A stretch of DNA of 63,632 nucleotides, filler included, from Lama guanicoe (Eukaryota), in the NCBI GenBank assembly GCA_013239625.1. It is 152 parts of 152 records of this genome, joined end to end, with 100 filler letters (N's around TTAATTAATTAA, not from the genome) between each part and the next. Parts side by side here need not be neighbours in the genome. Positions count along the whole stretch, not along the records: positions 60,793 to 61,112 come from PNXV01055926.1; positions 61,213 to 61,532 come from PNXV01055927.1; positions 61,633 to 61,952 come from PNXV01055928.1; positions 62,053 to 62,372 come from PNXV01055929.1; positions 62,473 to 62,792 come from PNXV01055930.1; positions 62,893 to 63,212 come from PNXV01055931.1; positions 63,313 to 63,632 come from PNXV01055932.1; 145 more parts are not named here. The stretch is one strand, 5' to 3'. The notes beneath the pieces are model-generated. The model did not search any database and was not told where the DNA came from. It was given only the letters and a program-made list of their open reading frames with translations. Below are positions 60,793 to 63,632 of this stretch, piece after piece; positions within the stretch are counted from its first letter, which is position 1; each line of letters starts with the position of its first letter. The position numbers and the translations under genes were made by a program.

Positions 60793-61112
60793 TTAAGAAA
60801 ACAAGCAACCCAATCAGAAAAATAGCAAAATATCTGAACAGACATCTCACCAAAGAAGATGCATAGATGACAAATAAGTGTATGAAAATATATTAAGCAT
60901 TTTTGTTCATTATAGATTAGAAAATTAAAACAAAGAGATACCACTATAAATGTTAGATTGGCTAAAAATTTTTAAAGTGTAACAATATAAGTTTTTTGGT
61001 GAGAATGTGGAGCAATAGGAATGCTCATTCAAAGCTAGTGGGAATGCACAATGGTACAGTCACTTTGGAAGACAGTATGGCAGTTTCTTATAAAGTTAAA
61101 TGTGGTCTTTCA
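60793..61112 (+). mobile_element. LINE-1 ORF2 C-terminal fragment
   Basis: caacccaatcagaaaaatagcaaaatatctgaacagacatctcaccaaagaagat...gctagtgggaatgcacaatggtacagtcactttggaagacagt. Confidence 0.9.
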
Positions 61113-61212
61113 NNNNNNNNNNNNNNNNNNNNNNNNNNNNNNNNNNNNNNNNNNNNTTAATTAATTAANNNNNNNNNNNNNNNNNNNNNNNNNNNNNNNN
61201 NNNNNNNNNNNN

Positions 61213-61532
61213 GCACATGTTGAACATTTGTGTTCCATGGATGGTATAAAAATGCTAAAACTGACCCACCTGCTCCAGGGTGGACTGCGAGAGGCTGTGC
61301 TCCTCCAGGCGGAAGCCCCCCCACCTCCGCCACCTCTGTAGGGGTGTAGGAGCTGAACTCCTGCGGGTGCCTTGCTCCAAGCTGTAAAACTACCTCTTGT
61401 TACAAAGATGGGAGAAAGCTGACTCTTCTTTGGGATGAGGCCAATTAGCTAACACAGGTGGCCTAAGATTCTTCCCACCTACAAACAACCCTCTGTTTCA
61501 GCCGAGTTCTGCTCAGACTGTATTCTGGTCTC
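61213..61532 (+). mobile_element. Probable ERV1-class LTR fragment
   Basis: gtataaaa TATA-like motif and aggccaattagctaacacaggtggcct motif recalled from ERV1 LTRs; family not assigned. Confidence 0.4.
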
Positions 61533-62472
61533 NNNNNNNNNNNNNNNNNNNNNNNNNNNNNNNNNNNNNNNNNNNNTTAATTAATTAANNNNNNNNNNNN
61601 NNNNNNNNNNNNNNNNNNNNNNNNNNNNNNNNTTTCAGATTTGCCTTGTCCTTAAAGTGACACCAGAATTTGACATTAGTGCAAAAGATAGGGATGAACT
61701 CTAAACCTTTATTTTGCAAAATATTAATCACAGTAAGTTATGGACAGCAAGAAAAGAGCAGAACTGGTGGGTCCTTGCCTGGTTTCTCTCAGATTAAAAT
61801 TGGTATAGTCCCAAACTCAATGGTCACATTATTTTGCACACCTAATAATCTTCTTACTGATTATTTTAGGATCTGAGCCTATTTGCCTGAAACTGTGGGT
61901 AGATTTTTTTTTTAAATTGAAGTATAGTCAGTTACAATGTGTCAGTTTGTGGNNNNNNNNNNNNNNNNNNNNNNNNNNNNNNNNNNNNNNNNNNNNTTAA
62001 TTAATTAANNNNNNNNNNNNNNNNNNNNNNNNNNNNNNNNNNNNNNNNNNNNCGTAATAAATCTGAGTACTCCAACCCTCCGAGTGGTGCCTGTTTCTTG
62101 GATGGCCCTTCGTTTCCATAGCAAGGGCAGCGCTGTGCAGCGGGACTTTCTGAGATGATGGAGGTTTTCTGTGCTGCTCTGTTGTCACCCTCTCTCCATA
62201 TTCAGGCCTGAGCACCCTAAGAAGGGAAGTCCAGAGCATCCTGCAAGAACCCACTTGGACAGTGCACACCCTCAGGCTCAGGACCGTCCCATGTTCTTGG
62301 AGAGCTCTTGTGATTTTGGAAATGCCACCGACCTTCCCCAGGGGCTGGGCATTGGGCCACGTGTACTTCACCNNNNNNNNNNNNNNNNNNNNNNNNNNNN
62401 NNNNNNNNNNNNNNNNTTAATTAATTAANNNNNNNNNNNNNNNNNNNNNNNNNNNNNNNNNNNNNNNNNNNN

Positions 62473-62792
62473 TGAAGGTTCTTGCTTTATTATCCAGCCT
62501 GCCACTCTATGACTTTTGACTAGAGCATTTAGACCATTAACATCTACAATAATAGATAATATGTTTGTGTTTATTGCCATTTTGACGTTATCTCTGCAGT
62601 TGATTTGGTATTTCCTCTTTGTTCATTTCATCATCCTTTTATGGTTTGGTCATTTTCCTTTGAAATATCATGAAATTTATTTAGTTTTTGTGACACACTG
62701 ATAAGTTTCTGTCTTGTTGTTACCCTGCTATATAAGTTTTTTTGACCATTATTATAACTGCTTTTATTAAACTGAGAGTAACATGATCTCAA
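62473..62792 (-). mobile_element. LINE-1 ORF1/ORF2 junction region (antisense)
   Basis: atccagcctgccactctatgacttttgactagagcatttagaccattaacat...ttattgccattttg. Confidence 0.8.
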
Positions 62793-62892
62793 NNNNNNNN
62801 NNNNNNNNNNNNNNNNNNNNNNNNNNNNNNNNNNNNTTAATTAATTAANNNNNNNNNNNNNNNNNNNNNNNNNNNNNNNNNNNNNNNNNNNN

Positions 62893-63212
62893 AGGGACAG
62901 AAAAAACTATTTGAAGAAGTAATGGCTAAAACCTTGCCTAACATGTCAGAGGAAACAGACATCCAGATCCAGGAAACAGAGAAACTCCCAAACAAGATAA
63001 ACTCAATGAGATCTACACCAAGACACATTATAACTAAAATGTGAAAAGTTAAAGATAGGAAAAATCTAAAAAGCAGCAAGAGAAAAATAACTGGTTACTT
63101 AAAAGGGAAACCCTACAAGACTGTCAACTGATTTTTCAGCAGAAACTTTATAGGCCAAAGAGACTAGCATGATATATTCACAATAAAGTACTAAAAAGTA
63201 AAAAAAAAAAAA
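62893..63212 (+). mobile_element. LINE-1 ORF1 RRM/CTD fragment, disrupted
   Basis: GTEKLFEEVMAKTLPNMSEETDIQIQETEKLPNKINSMRSTPRHIITKM*KVKD...KGNPTRLSTDFSAETL. Confidence 0.93.
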
Positions 63213-63443
63213 NNNNNNNNNNNNNNNNNNNNNNNNNNNNNNNNNNNNNNNNNNNNTTAATTAATTAANNNNNNNNNNNNNNNNNNNNNNNNNNNNNNNN
63301 NNNNNNNNNNNNAAAAAAAAAGGTGGGTTGTTCTAGAAGTCAGTACCATTTAGGATAACTTTTGCATAAATATGAAAAGGTAAGAGCATGCATGCTTCTT
63401 CCACGAGCCGCCTTCAGGCCTGGGGGTGCTGGGGACTGCTCAC

Positions 63444-63632
63444 CTGATGCTCAGGTCATAACTCCCGCTCAGAAGAAAGTTGTCCTCCTCACACAGGAAG
63501 AGGGCGTGGACGCTCCTGGCATGGCCTCGGAGTGTGATGGGGACCTCCTTCACTTGTATGACGTCCAGAAGCTGGATCTTCCGTTTGGAGGACACAGCTA
63601 GCAAGTCTCCCCCAGAGTAGTGGATGATTCTG
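63444..63632 (-). CDS. FBXW10: F-box/WD repeat protein 10 (FBXW10/CDRT1 family), internal WD40 exon, 5'-truncated
   Basis: RIIHYSGGDLLAVSSKRKIQLLDVIQVKEVPITLRGHARSVHALFLCEEDNFLLSGSYDLSI-R then CAG|GTGAGC donor. Human as recalled: RVIHYSGGDLIAVSSNRKIHLLDIIQVKAIPVEFRGHAGSVRALFLCEEENFLLSGSYDLSIR. Confidence 0.92.

Noticed and set aside
62112..62125. RFX X-box-like GTTTCCATAGCAAG
   Set aside because: One mismatch at a conserved terminal position, isolated, and directly beside a MER3-like fragment
1813..63079. Many ORFs ending in X-runs plus LIN or N, suggesting a shared C-terminal motif
   Set aside because: These are translations of the N padding and linker
319..63312. Regularly spaced identical TTAATTAATTAA with unique ~320-bp spacers, superficially a CRISPR-like or cassette array
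   Set aside because: Every copy is embedded in exactly 44+44 N, it is a six-frame stop linker, the spacers are mammalian genomic fragments and there are no cas or integrase genes

Overview
This window is not a contiguous locus. It is an artificial concatenation of about 152 unrelated short contigs (almost all 318-320 bp, in roughly increasing length). They are joined by an identical 100-bp linker: 44 N + TTAATTAATTAA + 44 N, a palindromic 12-mer that puts a stop in all six frames. Adjacency between fragments therefore carries no biological meaning, and most entries in the ORF track are noise or run into the linker. The DNA is mammalian and very probably camelid (camelid-type tRNA-derived SINEs, camelid-type V-lambda2). 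Much of it is LINE-1, LTR/ERV, MIR and hAT MER debris. Recognisable gene pieces: two T-cell receptor alpha/delta V exons, TRBC exon 2, an IGLV2 pseudogene with its RSS heptamer, a MAGE-A-type fragment, BRI3 exon 1, NAALAD2 exon 1, an FBXW10/CDRT1 WD40 exon and a frameshifted LRRC37 fragment. Regulatory fragments include a CCAAT + E2F/CDE-CHR cell-cycle promoter, a tandem REST/RE1 pair and a strong CTCF site. Three contig pairs are 94-97% identical and share exactly 49 identical bases at both ends, the signature of de Bruijn bubbles. I find no evidence of a previously undescribed biological system. All identifications are from recall of known sequences, without any database search.
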